In this document: positions 29,257-43,645 of the stretch, in pieces
How positions within the stretch are numbered: position 1 is the first letter of the stretch
Layout of the letters: each line of letters opens with the position of its first letter
NCBI RefSeq assembly: GCF_009914755.1
Contig: NC_060930.1
Direction: 5' to 3' (one strand)
DNA length: 64,000 nt
DNA from: the human T2T-CHM13v2.0 reference genome, Homo sapiens
Position numbers and translations under genes: made by a program
The notes under the pieces: generated by a model
What the model saw: only the letters and a program-made list of their open reading frames with translations
Told to the model about the DNA's origin: nothing
Database searches by the model: none

Positions 29257-31690
29257 TACTTATTTGTGTGGATTGATTGTTAATCAGTATGCCATATTCC
29301 TAAAAATGAGCACTTGCTCCAGGTCTTTGTTTTAGGAATTTAGTTAGCTTGCTGCAGAATGTCTACAAGTGACTCCTGAAGAACACATTAATTTGGTTGA
29401 GGCTGGTGAAGTAGCGTCACTGCTTTCTTTTCCTTAACACCCACAGCCTGGGAATCAGACGGGTTTAAGGTTAAAGCACCTAGTGACGCTGATAGCTTCA
29501 ATCTACACTGAAGGCGTGGAAACTGGCACTAAGCCCCATGGGGTAGATCAGATGTAGTTTTCTCCTTCGTAAAGGACCGAAATTCTTCCTCTTTTCTCTC
29601 CTCCTCACTACTTTATCATTACTGTGACTTAGTGAATGAGATAGTGAGATAATAGTCTGATCATCTCCATGAAACCTAGTATGTTACTCTGTCTTATTTA
29701 GAATTTCATAATATGCTAGATAGAAAAAGTATCCTAAATCTGTATTTTATACTCCTAAGTAGTCTACACCATTGTTGCTATAAGCAGAATATGAAATAAT
29801 ATGTACCAAGGATTATGCGCTGCTTTAAATCATGGTACGGTGTTCAAGAGAGAAAATTGAAATCCATTTTTTATGCTTGTAGCACAGGCAATAAAATACA
29901 GTAATCTTGACTTCTAAATGTAGTTTGGGTAGTGTTTATGGTTGGGGAAAATTGGTGCGGTGAGTCTGACACACCGACACCTAGCTCCAAAGTGCCAAAT
30001 AGTGTCTCCCCAGGAATCTAAGGACTAATGCTGAGTGTGAGCTGGCATCTCCCCTGGCTAGGTAATTTCTTCTGCTGCAGAAACACTTTCTAAAAATAGG
30101 AATAACAATAAAAGGCTCTATGATGTCAATTCAACTTGGACTTACTTAGTGTCCCTGGATACGTGTCACTGTGAATTACCACTCCAAAGAAAAAAGGAAG
30201 GAAAATAGACTGGAGTGAAGTTTTAGAGGCCATGCTTGTAGGCCTAGCCCTTGAGGTTGTGCGCCATTATCATCACCATCATCATCCTCCTCCTCATCCT
30301 CATCTTCATCTCAGCTGTGGAGGAGCAGGGAGTGGGGCACAGCTTAGGGGGCACAGGAGAGAAACGGAAAGACCGCCCTGGTATTCGCTCATCTTCAGAT
30401 CCACAAAGCCTGGGTGGGGGTGGCTCAGGCCAGGGAGACTTCCCATAAAACTGGGAGGATTCTGAGACCTCCCATAAAACTGAAGGAAGACGCCAGTCAC
30501 CAAACTGAAATTGTGTGTTGGGAGCAAGTCAGGTCAGGGTGAGCATAACTTGAATGTATTTATTGAGTTCTACAACATTTGTACCACAAATGCGTGGACT
30601 TCGTGTAGCTAAGCTGCTTTCAGGTAATTTGACATCTTTTATGAACTCACTGCACGCAATAGAAAATCCTTTTTGAGAGCTCTTTGGGAATGCTGACATC
30701 TTCTGAAAGGTGCTCAGATGAGCTCAGGCTATAGCACTACCTGTTTGATAGAAAGTTAAAGAAACCACATGTTCGCTGGGGCTTATTTAAAAAAAAAATC
30801 AATGGAAGGTGAGAAAGCTGTCTGGATAAGAAGACTTGAGCAAGACGCATTGGAAGGAGGTAGAATAAAACTTCAAAACCACACATGTAGAGGTTCTGGC
30901 ATTGAGCCATGGGTCACAGCCATCACAGGGACCTACAGCCATTGAACATGTCTCAGAGCCCTTGCAGGGATCTGCATGGCCTCTTGCCCTCTTACCCAGC
31001 CTCTAGCTGTTAAGAGCTACAGCAAAGACTGAACTCTTGACATCCTGTTGCTAGGACAGAGTTTCTGAGCCTCGACTCTGTGTGTATGTCCATGCCTGTG
31101 TGTCAGGAGGAGAGGAGGCCCCGTCTGCAAGCCCAGTACCGCATGTTGAGGAGCAGAGCCACATCTTGGAGAGCACCGTTAGTTCTCTGCATCTGTGACT
31201 TGCGGCTGCCCCGGCAGTCTGTACATTTTTCAGTGATACAGTAAGTGTGGTGGACAAAGAGCTGCCTTTTACCCAGTGGGAACACAATCGATCTTAGTGT
31301 TTAAACTTGCAAAGTTTCTTTAAAAAAAAAAAAAAGTGGCCATTCTTGGAGGTTGTGAGTCTTACTTTGTTTTATATTTCATAGCTTTTTTAAACAACTG
31401 ATTATTCCAGCAGCATTTCAAATTTTGGGTGCAGGGGGTGGGGAGAGCACAGCTATACTCAACTGCAGACTAAGCAGGGAATGGATGAATCTTCTGGGCT
31501 GCATGGTCACATTTTAAGAGGCTCTTCTTAGGGTAGATGAAGAGGAAGCTTCAAAGACTGGGCTGTTTATTACTCACAGCAACTTTTTGTTCTCAGGTGA
31601 TTTTCCCCTAATCTGTAATGATTGTTCTTGTTTGTTAATCTAAGCAGAAGGCAGAAGAAAGGCTGTGTTTCTTAGGATATTCGTTGTGGG

Positions 31691-32017
31691 TTTTTTTTTG
31701 TTGTTGTTTTTTTGTTTTGTTTTGTTTTGTTTTGAGATGGAGTCTGACTTTGTTGCCCAGGCTGGAGTGCAGTGGCGCAATCTTGGCTCACTGCAACCTC
31801 CACCCGCCCCAGGTTCAAGTGATTGTCGTGCCTCAGCCTCCCAAGTAGCTGGGACTACAGGAGTGTGCCACCACACCTGGCTAATTTTTGTATTTTTAGT
31901 AGAAATGGGGTTTTGACCTGTTGGTTGGGCTGGTCTCAAACTCCTGGACTCAAGTGATCCGCCCACCTCAGCCTCCTAAAGAGCTGGGATTACGGGCATG
32001 AACCACTGTACCCAGCC
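31691..32017 (-). mobile_element. Alu, antisense
   Basis: (TTTTG)n tail plus dimer; AGGATATT direct repeat. Confidence 0.93.
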
Positions 32018-32571
32018 AGGATATTTGGCTAAGTGAAAGAAGAATCAATCCATCTACATTTAAAGACCTCTCAGGGCGAAGGTCCCTGATACGTGCCATT
32101 TATAACTTTAAAGCCTGTTGCTGTAGATAAAGTGTTTCCCCATCAGCACCTCATCTAATAATCTCCATGCAACCCTGCAAGGTGGCCGCTACTGGGAATC
32201 CCATTCTGTAGATGAGGAAACTGAACCAATGATCTCAGAGATGATAAAGGGCAAAGAGAAGCACATCTTCTAAATCCAGGGTTTTCCTATTTCTGGCAAA
32301 CCCACTGGAAAAAATGTGTAGTTTGGTTGAGTTTTTATGTTGAACAGAGCTTCCCTCCCAAGGACCTGTGGTTTGGTAGGTATCTTGGTGGACTGTAGAG
32401 TTCCACAGTGGCAGTGGGTCAAGCTATGTGCAAATGTACTCAAGGGAGAGATAAGGCATGGAATGAAGAAGAGGAAAGGAGATGTTCTTCTATCTCGGGC
32501 TTAACTGGGCTTTTTTATTGCATTTCAGTAATACCTGTGCCTGTTGCAATGTGGGGAACAGAGGTCCAATG

Positions 32572-32762
32572 CAGTGGTTCTCCTGGTGTGGCCCTTGGGC
32601 TAATGGCATCAGCATCCCCTGGGAATTTGTTGAAAATGCATATTCTCAGGCCCCACCCCAGACCCAGAATCAGAAATTCTTGGGCCGGGTGGGAGGTGGC
32701 GTGCAGGAATCTGCATTTTAACCAGCATGATTCTGATGCACACTAAAGTTTGAGAAGCAATG
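32572..32762 (+). mobile_element. MER5A
   Basis: cagtggttctc...catcagcatcccctgggaatttgtt...attctcaggccccaccccagacc...aagtttgagaa. Confidence 0.85.
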
Positions 32763-32921
32763 GGCTAGTAAGAAGAGAAATCAAAGACTTTGGAGCTGGA
32801 CCTGAGCTTGAAAGCTCTTCACCACTTACTAGCTGGGCCCCTGTCAAGCCTTAGTTTCCACATCTGTAAAACGGACCTCCCACACAAGGTCATCCAGAGC
32901 ACCAAATGAGTAAGACTTTCA

Positions 32922-33362
<441 letters not shown>

Positions 33363-34855
33363 CTAAATCCCAGTCACCTAAAGCAGCAAAGGTTTATTTC
33401 TCACTGGAGTTAAGCCTAATGTGGATCTGGTAGCCTTGATCCGTCAGATAGCCATTACATGCTTCTAGAACACATGACTCCAATCTCAATAGCAAGGGAA
33501 GAGCAGGCAGAGGAGGCACACACATCACTTCTGCTCACAGTCCATTCATCAGAACCCAATCTCACTTCAAGGGAGTGTGGAAAACATAGAGAAGCACACG
33601 CAGTGTTGGATGAGCGTAAAGGACCTTTTCCACAATTCCACTGAGCCTACAGTTGCCACACAGGTCTTTAGGTCATGATTCTTGCACTTGTGTAAAGGGA
33701 CTGTCACAGCTATAAGAGACTTGATTAAAAGACTTTCCACAATTAGCAGTTGGAATTCAGGGGCACCAGGTACATCTGAATGGAGCATATCACCTGGATT
33801 GCCAGAGGGGTCTGTCTTGGGGCGAGTACATGGAGGTCACTAATGCCCATGGTCTATATCAATGAATTTGCACCTAAGGCTAAGTTTAGTAAAGCAACTT
33901 ATGGAAATCAAAATGATCTCAATTTGAGAAAACAGACTCAAAAAAATCAACATTGCTTTTGCTTTAAAGGAAAAACTAGCTTAACTACAACTGAGAAATC
34001 ACAAAAAGGAACAGTGGACTTTGAGCTCGAGTGAGTTTGTTTTATATGAGTTTAAGGTTAAATTTCCAGGGAAACAAGTTACTAAGGGAGAACATGGGAA
34101 CCTCAGCTTCAGCCAGTTGATTCAGTTGGAAACTATTGATTAAGCACCAACTGTGTGCACAGCTCTGTAATGGGTGTTATTTAAAAGGTAGCTAGATAAT
34201 TATGCTTCTCAGAAGGTTTAGATGAGTGAGTCAAAGTATGCTTACTGTTTTCTGCTTTCAACTGGAAAAGACACAGCAAGTTCCATGAAGAAGGCGCAGA
34301 TCTCTCTGTAGCAAATTCTTTTATGGGTGTGAATGTATTTTAGATTATTTCTCTTGCCATTTTTTTTTCCTTTAAAATATCCCCCAAAAGAATGGGAATG
34401 AGTCAGGGCTCTGATCATGTAAACACTGAATAATCTGAACATCTGATTCTGAGGTTTTTTTCCTCTTAAACTTGTGCATTAATGTGAACAACTTCAACTT
34501 GAGTTGTCAGACCACTTTTTTTTTTTTTTTTGCGAGATGTTCTTTTTTTCTTTTTTACAACCTTATAACCACTTATGAGCTTAAAACAGCCACAAAGATG
34601 TGTCATTTCTCTCATAATTTTACCATGAAAGGATTTCTCAGTCACTTGTGAACTTACCAGGAGGCAATGAATAAACTCTGATTTAAATCATTTTATGAAG
34701 CATCCAAATAATGGCCTAAACCTTGGTTAAAAGGTGATTTTACTGCAGGGAATATTCAAATATCTCATCTAGGCCTTTCAGACTGGCTCAGAGATTTTTG
34801 TCACTGTGTGGACCTTGGGCCTATGACTTGTTGGAAACTCTTTAATGAGTTTCTT

Positions 34856-37157
34856 TTAAAAGAAAAAAAAAACCTTAGGTTCAAGGGTACACGTACAGGT
34901 TTATTATAGAGATAAATTCCATATAGTGGGGGTTTGGTTTACAAATTATTTTGTCACCCAGGTAATAAGCATAGTACCTGATAGGTAGTTTGGTAGTTTT
35001 TTGATCCTCAACCTGCTCCTACCCTCCACCCTCATGCAGGCCCCAGTGCCTGTTGCTTCCTTTTTTGTGTCTTTGTGTACTCAGTGTTTAGATCCTACTT
35101 GTAAGTGAGAACATGTGGTATTTGGTTTTCTGTTCCTGTGTTAGTTTGCTAAGGATGATGGCCTCCAGCTCCATCAGTGTTACTGCAAAGAACATGATCT
35201 CATTCTTTTTTATGGCTGCATAGTATTCCATGGTGTATATGTACCACATTTTCTTTATCCAGTCTGCCATTGATGGGTATTTTTTCAGGGGACCTGCCCC
35301 GATAATCACGTAGGTTCTTTTCTAGTTTCCCTAAGCATCGGCTGGCTTGAGAAATAAAGGGACAGAGTACAAAAGAGAGAAATTTTAAAGCTGGGCGTCC
35401 GGGGGAGACATCACACGTTGGTAGGATCCATGATGCCCCACAAGCCACAAAAACCAGCAAGTTTTTATTAGGGGTTTTCAAAAGGGGAGGGAGTGCGCGA
35501 ATAGGTGTCGGTGACAGACATCAAGTACTTAACAGGGTAATAGAATATCACAAGGCAAGTGGAGGCAGGGCGAGATCACAGGACCACAGCTGCCAGGCGA
35601 AATTAAAATTGCTAATGAAGTTTCGGGCACCATTGTCATTGATAAAACATCTTATCAGGAGACAGGGTTTTGAGATCAACCAGTGTGACCAAAATTTATT
35701 AGGTGAGAATTTCCTCTTCCTAATAAGCCTGGGAGCGCTATGGGAGACAAGTTTATTTCACCCCTGCAGTCTCAACCATAAGAGACAGGTACGCCCCGGG
35801 GGGCCAGTTCAAGTTCAGAGACCTAACCCTAGCTGCACATTCTCTTTCTCAGGGATATCCCCTGCTGAGAAAAAGAATTCAGCGATATTTCTCCCATTTG
35901 CTTTTGAAGGAAGAGAAATATGGCTCTGTTCTGCCCGGCTCACCGGCAGTCAGAGTTTAAGTTTCTCTCTCTTATTCCCTGAACAATTGCTGTTATCCTG
36001 TTCTTTTTTCAAGGTGCCCACATTTCATATTGCTCAAACACACATGCTGTACAATTTGTGCAGTTAATGCAATTATCACATAGTCCTGAGGCGACATACA
36101 TCCTCCTCAGCTGACAGGATTAAGAGATTAAAGTAAAGACAGGCATAGGAAATCACAAGGGTATTGATTGGGGAAGTGATAAGTGTCCATGAAATCTTTA
36201 CAATTTATGTTTAGAGATTGAGTAAAGACAGGCATAAGAAATTACAAAAGTATTAATTTGGGGAACTAATAAATGTCCGTAAAATCTTCACTATCCATGT
36301 TCTTCTGCCATGGTTTCAGCCGGTCCCTCTGTTTGGGGTCCCTGACTTCCCGCAACAGTATTTAGGTTGATTCCATGTCTTCACTGTGGGCAGTGAATAG
36401 TGCTGTGATGAACACACATGTGCATGTGTCTTTATGGTAGAATGATTTCTGTTCCTTTGGGTATATACCCAGTAACGGGATTGCAAGGTCGACGGGTAAT
36501 TCTGTTTTAAGTTCTTTGAGAAATAGCAACTGCTTTCCACAATGGCTGTTTACAATCCCACCAGTAGCATGTAAGCATTCTCTTTTCCCCACAACCTTGC
36601 CAGCATCTATTATTTTTTGACTTTTTAATAATAGACATTCTGACTGGTGTGAGATGATATGTGGTTTTGATTTGCATTTCTCTAATAATTAATGATGTTG
36701 AGCATTTTTTCATGTTTGTTGGCCACATGGATTTCTGTTTTTGTAAAGTGTCTGTTCATGTCCTTTTTAATGGGGTTGTTTGTTTTTTGCTTGTAAATTT
36801 AAGTTTCTTATAGATGCTGGATATTAGACCTTTGTTGGACGTATAGTTTGCAAATATTTTCTCCCATTCTGTAGCTTGTCTGTTTACTCTGTTGACAGTT
36901 TCTTTTGCTGTACAGAAGCTCTTTGGTTTAATTAGGTGCCATTTGTCAATTTTTTTTTTCGTTGCAATTGCTTTTGGCATCTTCATGAAATCTTTGCCAG
37001 GTCTTGTGTTCAGAATGGTATTTCCTAGGTTATCTTCCAGGGTTTTTATAGTTTTAGGTTTTAAGTCTTTTAATCTATCTCGAGTTGATTTTTGTATATG
37101 GTGTAAGGAGCAGGTCCAGTTTCAATCCCCTGCATATAGCTAGCCAGTTATCCCAGT
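34856..37157 (-). mobile_element. 5'-truncated L1 (older primate L1PA/L1PB), split by MER11
   Basis: ORF2 C-terminal remnants in the ORF track ([52 protein letters not shown]); 17-bp TSD with 2 mismatches (34839-34855 / 37158-37174). Confidence 0.92.
35283..36357 (-). mobile_element. MER11 solo LTR (HERV-K11/HML-8), 1075 bp
   Basis: Minus strand starts TGTTGCGGGAAGTCAGGGACCCC; internal ~90-bp tandem duplication; 6-bp TSD GTATTT (35277-35282 / 36358-36363). Confidence 0.92.
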
Positions 37158-38592
37158 TCTTTGGTGAGTTTCTTCACCCACTTCACAACTGTATCATTAG
37201 GATCTCAGAGTGTAATAGAACATTTTAGAACTTAAATGGACATTTACTATCACTGCATCTAGCCTTAATTTTACAGGTAAATGGCTGATAGAGGCTACAC
37301 TACTAGCCAAGTTCACACAGTAATTTCTGACAAACTAGGATTTAAAATAAAGTCCTCTGACCCAGTCGGTGCTTAAAATTAATATCTCTCAAAAAAGAGA
37401 GAGAAATAGATCATGTTTTACTGGAATAAACAGGCCAGTTGTTTGTTAGCAACCATAACAACTCATATATCTTCGTTGATTTTCTCAAAAGAAAAATAAA
37501 TAATGTGGAGGTTTTGAATGAAATCTTTAAAAAACATATTCAGTTATCAAAAGGCCCATGTAAAAGGAATCCTTGAATTCTCCCACAGATACATTCTTTC
37601 ACGGCCACCATGATCTTCCTTGATCCCACTTAGCCAAAAGAACACTGAAATTAAATGTGCGAGCGAAAGATGTTTCCCTACCTGGATGGCTGATGGTTCA
37701 TTACAGCTGAGCAAAGTCTCATTAATCATTTTGAAAACTAGGCAGGTACTCTGGAAAATTCTTTTGCTGGTACCTTAATTTAGAGTTGGCCTATTCTTGT
37801 GATTCTTTCAAATGATAAGTGAAACTCTAATCATGTATACTTATTAAGAATTATCTGTTCTTTGTTTCAGTGGTGAAGTTGGCATTTCCAGTCTATAATT
37901 TCCATTGCATATAGTGCTCTTTCTCCCTCACCCACCAAATTTGGCTTCAGGCTTGATGGGATGTGATTTTTCTGTAGCCCCTATACAGAGCTTGCACATG
38001 GACCTGAATATTTAAAGAGCAGAACGAGATTACAACTGAGAAATTTGCAGTACAGTTGTTCTTCACGTGTCCCCATGTATCTTTGTTTACTGGCAAAACA
38101 CCTCGAATCTCATGCAAAATGCTAATAGGAATAATTCATTTTATTTATCTTCATTATGATCATTTCACTCCTCTTGGGATGCCAAGACTTTTATAATGGC
38201 CTCAAAAATTGCATACATGCCTAACTAAATAGTAATTTTGAGGCAGAATGTAAACAGGGAAAAGCATCCAAAGATACAACCCTGGAAAATCACTTTTCCT
38301 CTAATTCTAAAAGCAATTCCTTTGAAATATAAGTGAATACACTTCTATTTTAGGAAGTGTGTTCATGAAAATTTGATCTTCTGTGCCCTTCAACTCATTA
38401 AAACAACAGTTATTCAAAATGGGCAGCCTCTTTAGTGTCTTTGAAAAGAAATAGGTAGACAGATAAACAGTGGGTGCAGACAGGTCATCAGTGTATTGAA
38501 AAGAGGTTTGCCTCTCCTGTAAATCCAACCGTCCTTTCGACTGTTAGGATTTTCCTCATTTTGCTAATCTTCACATTGTAACTTATCAAGTT

Positions 38593-38597
<5 letters not shown>

Positions 38598-38638
<41 letters not shown>
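38598..38638. repeat. (GT)20 microsatellite
   Basis: Directly visible; occupies the tail position of the adjacent Alu. Confidence 0.98.
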
Positions 38639-38639
<1 letters not shown>

Positions 38640-38918
38640 CGGAGTTTCATTTTTGTCCCCCAGGCTGGAGTACAGTGGTGCCATCTCGGCTCATTGCAAC
38701 CTCCGCCTCCTGGGTTAAAGCGATTCTCCTACCTCAGCCTCCCAAGTAGCTGAGATTACAGGCGCCAGCCACCATGCCTGGCTAATTTTTGTATTTTTAG
38801 TAGACACGGGGTTTTACCACATTGGCCAGGCTGATCTCGAACTCCTGACCTCAGGTGATCCGCCCGCCTTGGCCTCCCAAAGTGCTGGGATTACAGGTGT
38901 GAGCCACCGCGCCCAGCC
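38598..38918 (-). mobile_element. AluS, antisense, with a (CA)n tail
   Basis: Dimer; TSD CAAGTTCCCTC (38587-38597 / 38919-38929). Confidence 0.95.
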
Positions 38919-38988
38919 CAAGTTCCCTCTTAAAAGATGCCAAGACAGATAATTGCATCTTCCTATACACTAACATGACATTGTGGAA

Positions 38989-39150
38989 GCTAGGCATGCA
39001 CCTATAGCCCCAGCTGCTCGGGAGACTGAAGCTAGAGAATCACTTGAGGTCAGGACTTCGAGGTTGTAGTCTGCGATGATCAAACCTGTGAATAGCCACT
39101 GCACTCCAGCCTGGGCAACATAGTGAGACCCTGCCTCTTTAAAAAAAAAC
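38989..39150 (+). mobile_element. FAM-like free Alu monomer
   Basis: cctgtgaatagccactgcactccagcctgggcaacatagtgagaccc (7SL-like segment) plus A-tail. Confidence 0.8.
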
Positions 39151-40385
39151 AAAAATTTTAAATGACGTTATGAAGGAGCTACCATCGACAAATTTGGTTC
39201 AACCAATGAATCTACCACCTGCCCATTCTACCCAAAGAAGCCTGGTTAATGTGGCATTTCAGGTGAAGCCCTCAGCACATCCTCCTTCAATTACTCGGCA
39301 CTGCCTTTATATTCATGGAACTGTGAGCAGGCAGCTTCTCCCTGAAGCCTGCCATATCAGTACAGCACATCCTTGAAGCATCTCTGCTGAGCAGCCTTGG
39401 CCCTCGTTGTGGTGGTTCTCTGTCAAGTTTCCCTCTCTCTTCACAGTTCTTAATGAACAGAGCCATCTGGGGCCACAGCCTGTGAAATCTGATTCTCTTC
39501 CCACAGTCAGCAAACAGAGCCACTGGGATATGCTCAGGCAGCTCCCAGGAGGAAACCGTAAATGCATATAGCTTTGTCTAGGCAGAAATAAAGTGAGCTC
39601 ATTCATTCAAAACAAAACAATGAAAAACATTGTATCACGTCAGCTGCAGGCTACCTAATTAGTTAAAATGTATCATAAATGTGTATCACATATTAAGTGA
39701 TCTCTATGCATTAATTTGTTGATAATATAGCATCGAGGTATTTATAAAATTCTATGGAACATGTTTTGAACTTGAAAACTCGTCATTTCTATAAAATCTT
39801 TCAAACTGCCTGTTTGGCAAATAAACTTGATATAGGGGGAAATTCTGGTCTCTTGTGTGTGATCACGGTTATCCTCATGTTGAGGTGATCGCAAAGCCCC
39901 AAAGTGAGAGACCCTGTTAGAGGAGATAAATCATCATTGTAAGGCCAATTAGTAGACGGGGCAATAACTCATATTGGGAGAAGCATGCCTTTAGCTGCCG
40001 TAAGTGGAGGAACTCACAGCTGCAGCCACATCCCTGCAGCTCTGATCTGACTGCAGAGCTACCAAAAATCTAATCTGCATGTGTGGGCTAAAGCACAAGC
40101 AAGGGACAGAAGACTGGAAGCCACAGCGGAGAGAAAGTTGGCATAAAAAGCACTCTGCAAACATCAAAATCGCGTGCCAACTAAGCAAAGCCAATGCATA
40201 AGCTATAATGTCTTCTAGATATTTTATTGAGAGTGATAAGGATGATGAAGAACGAGAGGAGGAGAAGTTAGGTCTTCCGTCCTCCCTTGCCAGCCACAGT
40301 TCCTAACTGTACCATTTTTAAAGGTTTGATTAACTGTTCGTGGCTTATCAGCATTATTCTTTGCAGCCTTTTGGCCATGCTCGTG

Positions 40386-40711
40386 TAGGGGTGCCCAAAC
40401 CCCCAGGCTGTGGACTGGTATCAGTCTGTGGCCTGTTAGGAAACAGGCCCCACAGCAGGAGATGAGTGGCGGGAGTGAGCATTACTGCCTGAGCCCTGCC
40501 TCCTGCCAGATCAGTGGCGGCATTAGATTCTCAGAACTGTGCATGTGAGGGATCTCGGTTTCACGTTCCTTATGAGACTCTAACTTACGCCTGATGATCT
40601 GAGGTGGAATCACCCCAACCCCTGAAACCACCTTGCCCCCAAACCCCCATCCATAGAAAAATTGTCTTCCATGAAACCAGTCCCTGGTGCCAAAAAGGTT
40701 GGGGACAGCTG
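40386..40711 (+). mobile_element. MER1B-like (hAT-Charlie)
   Basis: gtggcctgttaggaa...cagatcagtggcggcattagattctca...aaattgtcttccatgaaaccagtccctggtgccaaaaaggttgggga. Confidence 0.9.
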
Positions 40712-40773
40712 GTCTAGTGTGTTAAAGGCCCCAGAAGATTACATTTTTCTGGTCAGGGGTATGAACTACACTA

Positions 40774-41100
<327 letters not shown>

Positions 41101-41238
41101 CTAAAGAATCACCTATTTCATTTTTCATTGGGAAACCAAAATAATTTCCGTCTTGTAAGTTATGACCATTTATGTGGTTCTGCTCCACTGGCTGATGCTT
41201 CAAGGAAATAGTTTTCAGACATTGGTGACACTCCATGG

Positions 41239-41450
41239 TAGGGGCCCACCAGTTGTGGCCCACAGACTGAACCCACCCCACTCTCTGTCTTTGTCAATAA
41301 AGCTTTATTGGAACACAGTTACACTCATTCATTTACCTGCTCTCTGTGGCTGCTTACACACCATAATGGCAGAGTTGAGTAGCTGCAACAGAAACTGTAT
41401 GGCCCACAAACCCAAAGTATTTACTATCTGGCCCTTTGAAGAAAAAAGAA
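41239..41450 (+). mobile_element. MER58A-like
   Basis: aataaagctttattggaacacag...gcagagttgagtagctgcaacaga...tatttactatctggccctt. Confidence 0.85.
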
Positions 41451-43085
41451 ATGAGACATTTAAGGACCTAGACTGAGGACATTAGAGAATGTGGCCTTCC
41501 TCTCACAGTGCTGATCCTAGATCTATTTAGAAAGTGCATGTGCCCGAAATATCTCCATTAGAGAAAGAAACTAAATTCATCCTCACACACATAGGGATTT
41601 CCTTTGTGCTCATTACTCTAATCATCAAAATAATCCCATTTACCTTTACTTCTTAGTCCAGATCCGCCTGTGAAGCATCATATAGCATACAGATTATGCT
41701 GGGAATACGGTCCAGTTTTTCAAACTTGATTTATTACCTGAGCAGTTAGAAAAGCTACTTCAAGGACAACCAGGTATCATTGAAAGCAGCTCAGCTCAGC
41801 TGCCGGCCAGATAAGAAGGGGCTGGCTGTGCAGACAGACTGAGAGAAGGAATCTGTGTAAGCAGAAAATGTATGTTGTCCTTAAGAAAGGAAGGCCACAG
41901 CCATGCCATGCAGGCTTAGCTTGAAAATAAATATCAGCAGGTGTGAGAAGTATGTTCCTGTTTTTGCAGCTGAAGCTAGATTCCAAGTCCTGCAGGAAAA
42001 GGTGGGGGCTGGAAGGAGGGTCGCCAACGAGTAAGAGCCAGATACTAAAACATGACTCCTTGGGCGCAAGACAGGTCTGGGCGCAAGACAGGTCTATCCT
42101 CAAGACAGGTGGTGCACAAATGGAGTGTTACACAGATAGGAAGAGATGTGGCAAGAGCTCTGGCAAATTGCAAAACCGTGGAATATGCTTGGGATGTGTG
42201 TAACACTGTGGTGAAGAGAGGCTGACAAATCCTCTACATGACACTTATTGTATGAAGAAAACATATCCATTTTACACACACACACACACACAATCAATCT
42301 TCTGATCAGTGAAAGGAGCTACTGACAGTGGTCCCTGTGCATCGTCCACATGCCTCTCCCATGAGTGGCAGCCACCTGAGAAGGGCAGCTTTCAGGGCCC
42401 CGAGTGGCTGTGTGTCCCTGTCTGCTGTGGGTAGGATTCTGCCTGCCAGGCACACTCAGCCTCCCAGTGACCTCTTGTTAGAGACACATCGGGTGGGATG
42501 CTGGCCATAGGCGGGCGCTCTCCTAGAAGGGGGAGATGGCTCCTGTGACTGAGGGGAACGTTACACAATCAGTCGTTCCCTCAGGATGGAGGCAGGTGTT
42601 TATCTTCACTGCAGGAGTTGGTTTGTCTGGTGCTCCCTGAGAGGGACATTACGGTCACGGGTGCAGGGCTGCAAATAGGATCTGTCCAGGTTCTCACCGG
42701 CCTCCAGCTGGGGCATTTCAGCATCAAGAAACTGCCTGCCCATGTGCTGGGGGCGCTGTGGTCTCTGATGTCTGTCTGGCCTCATATAGGGGAGGGTGGG
42801 GATGTATTCATGGTGCATGTGTGTGTTGAGTGTATTTGATGTGACCGGAATGTGAGAAAATAAAACAAAAAACCATAAGGAAGGGAAGAGAACACGGACT
42901 AATGTGTGCCAGGCTGAGCTCTGACAGTCCTATGGCAGATACCAGCTCTAAATTCAGCCTCTCTTTGAGTCTCCTATTTGAAAGCAGTTATCTGCGCTCT
43001 CAAGGGCTCTCTCTCAAGCCATTGAGTAGATTAGCTGAAGAATTAGTGAAAAATCATTTAAATTTATATATATAATAAGGGGATT

Positions 43086-43645
<560 letters not shown>

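Noticed and set aside
30232-30465. His/Pro-rich or Ile/Leu-rich ORFs
   Set aside because: Products of a short (CAT/CCT)n low-complexity run.
35088-37143. L1 ORF2-like peptides as a functional retrotransposon gene
   Set aside because: Frameshifted C-terminal remnants of a 5'-truncated L1 split by an LTR.
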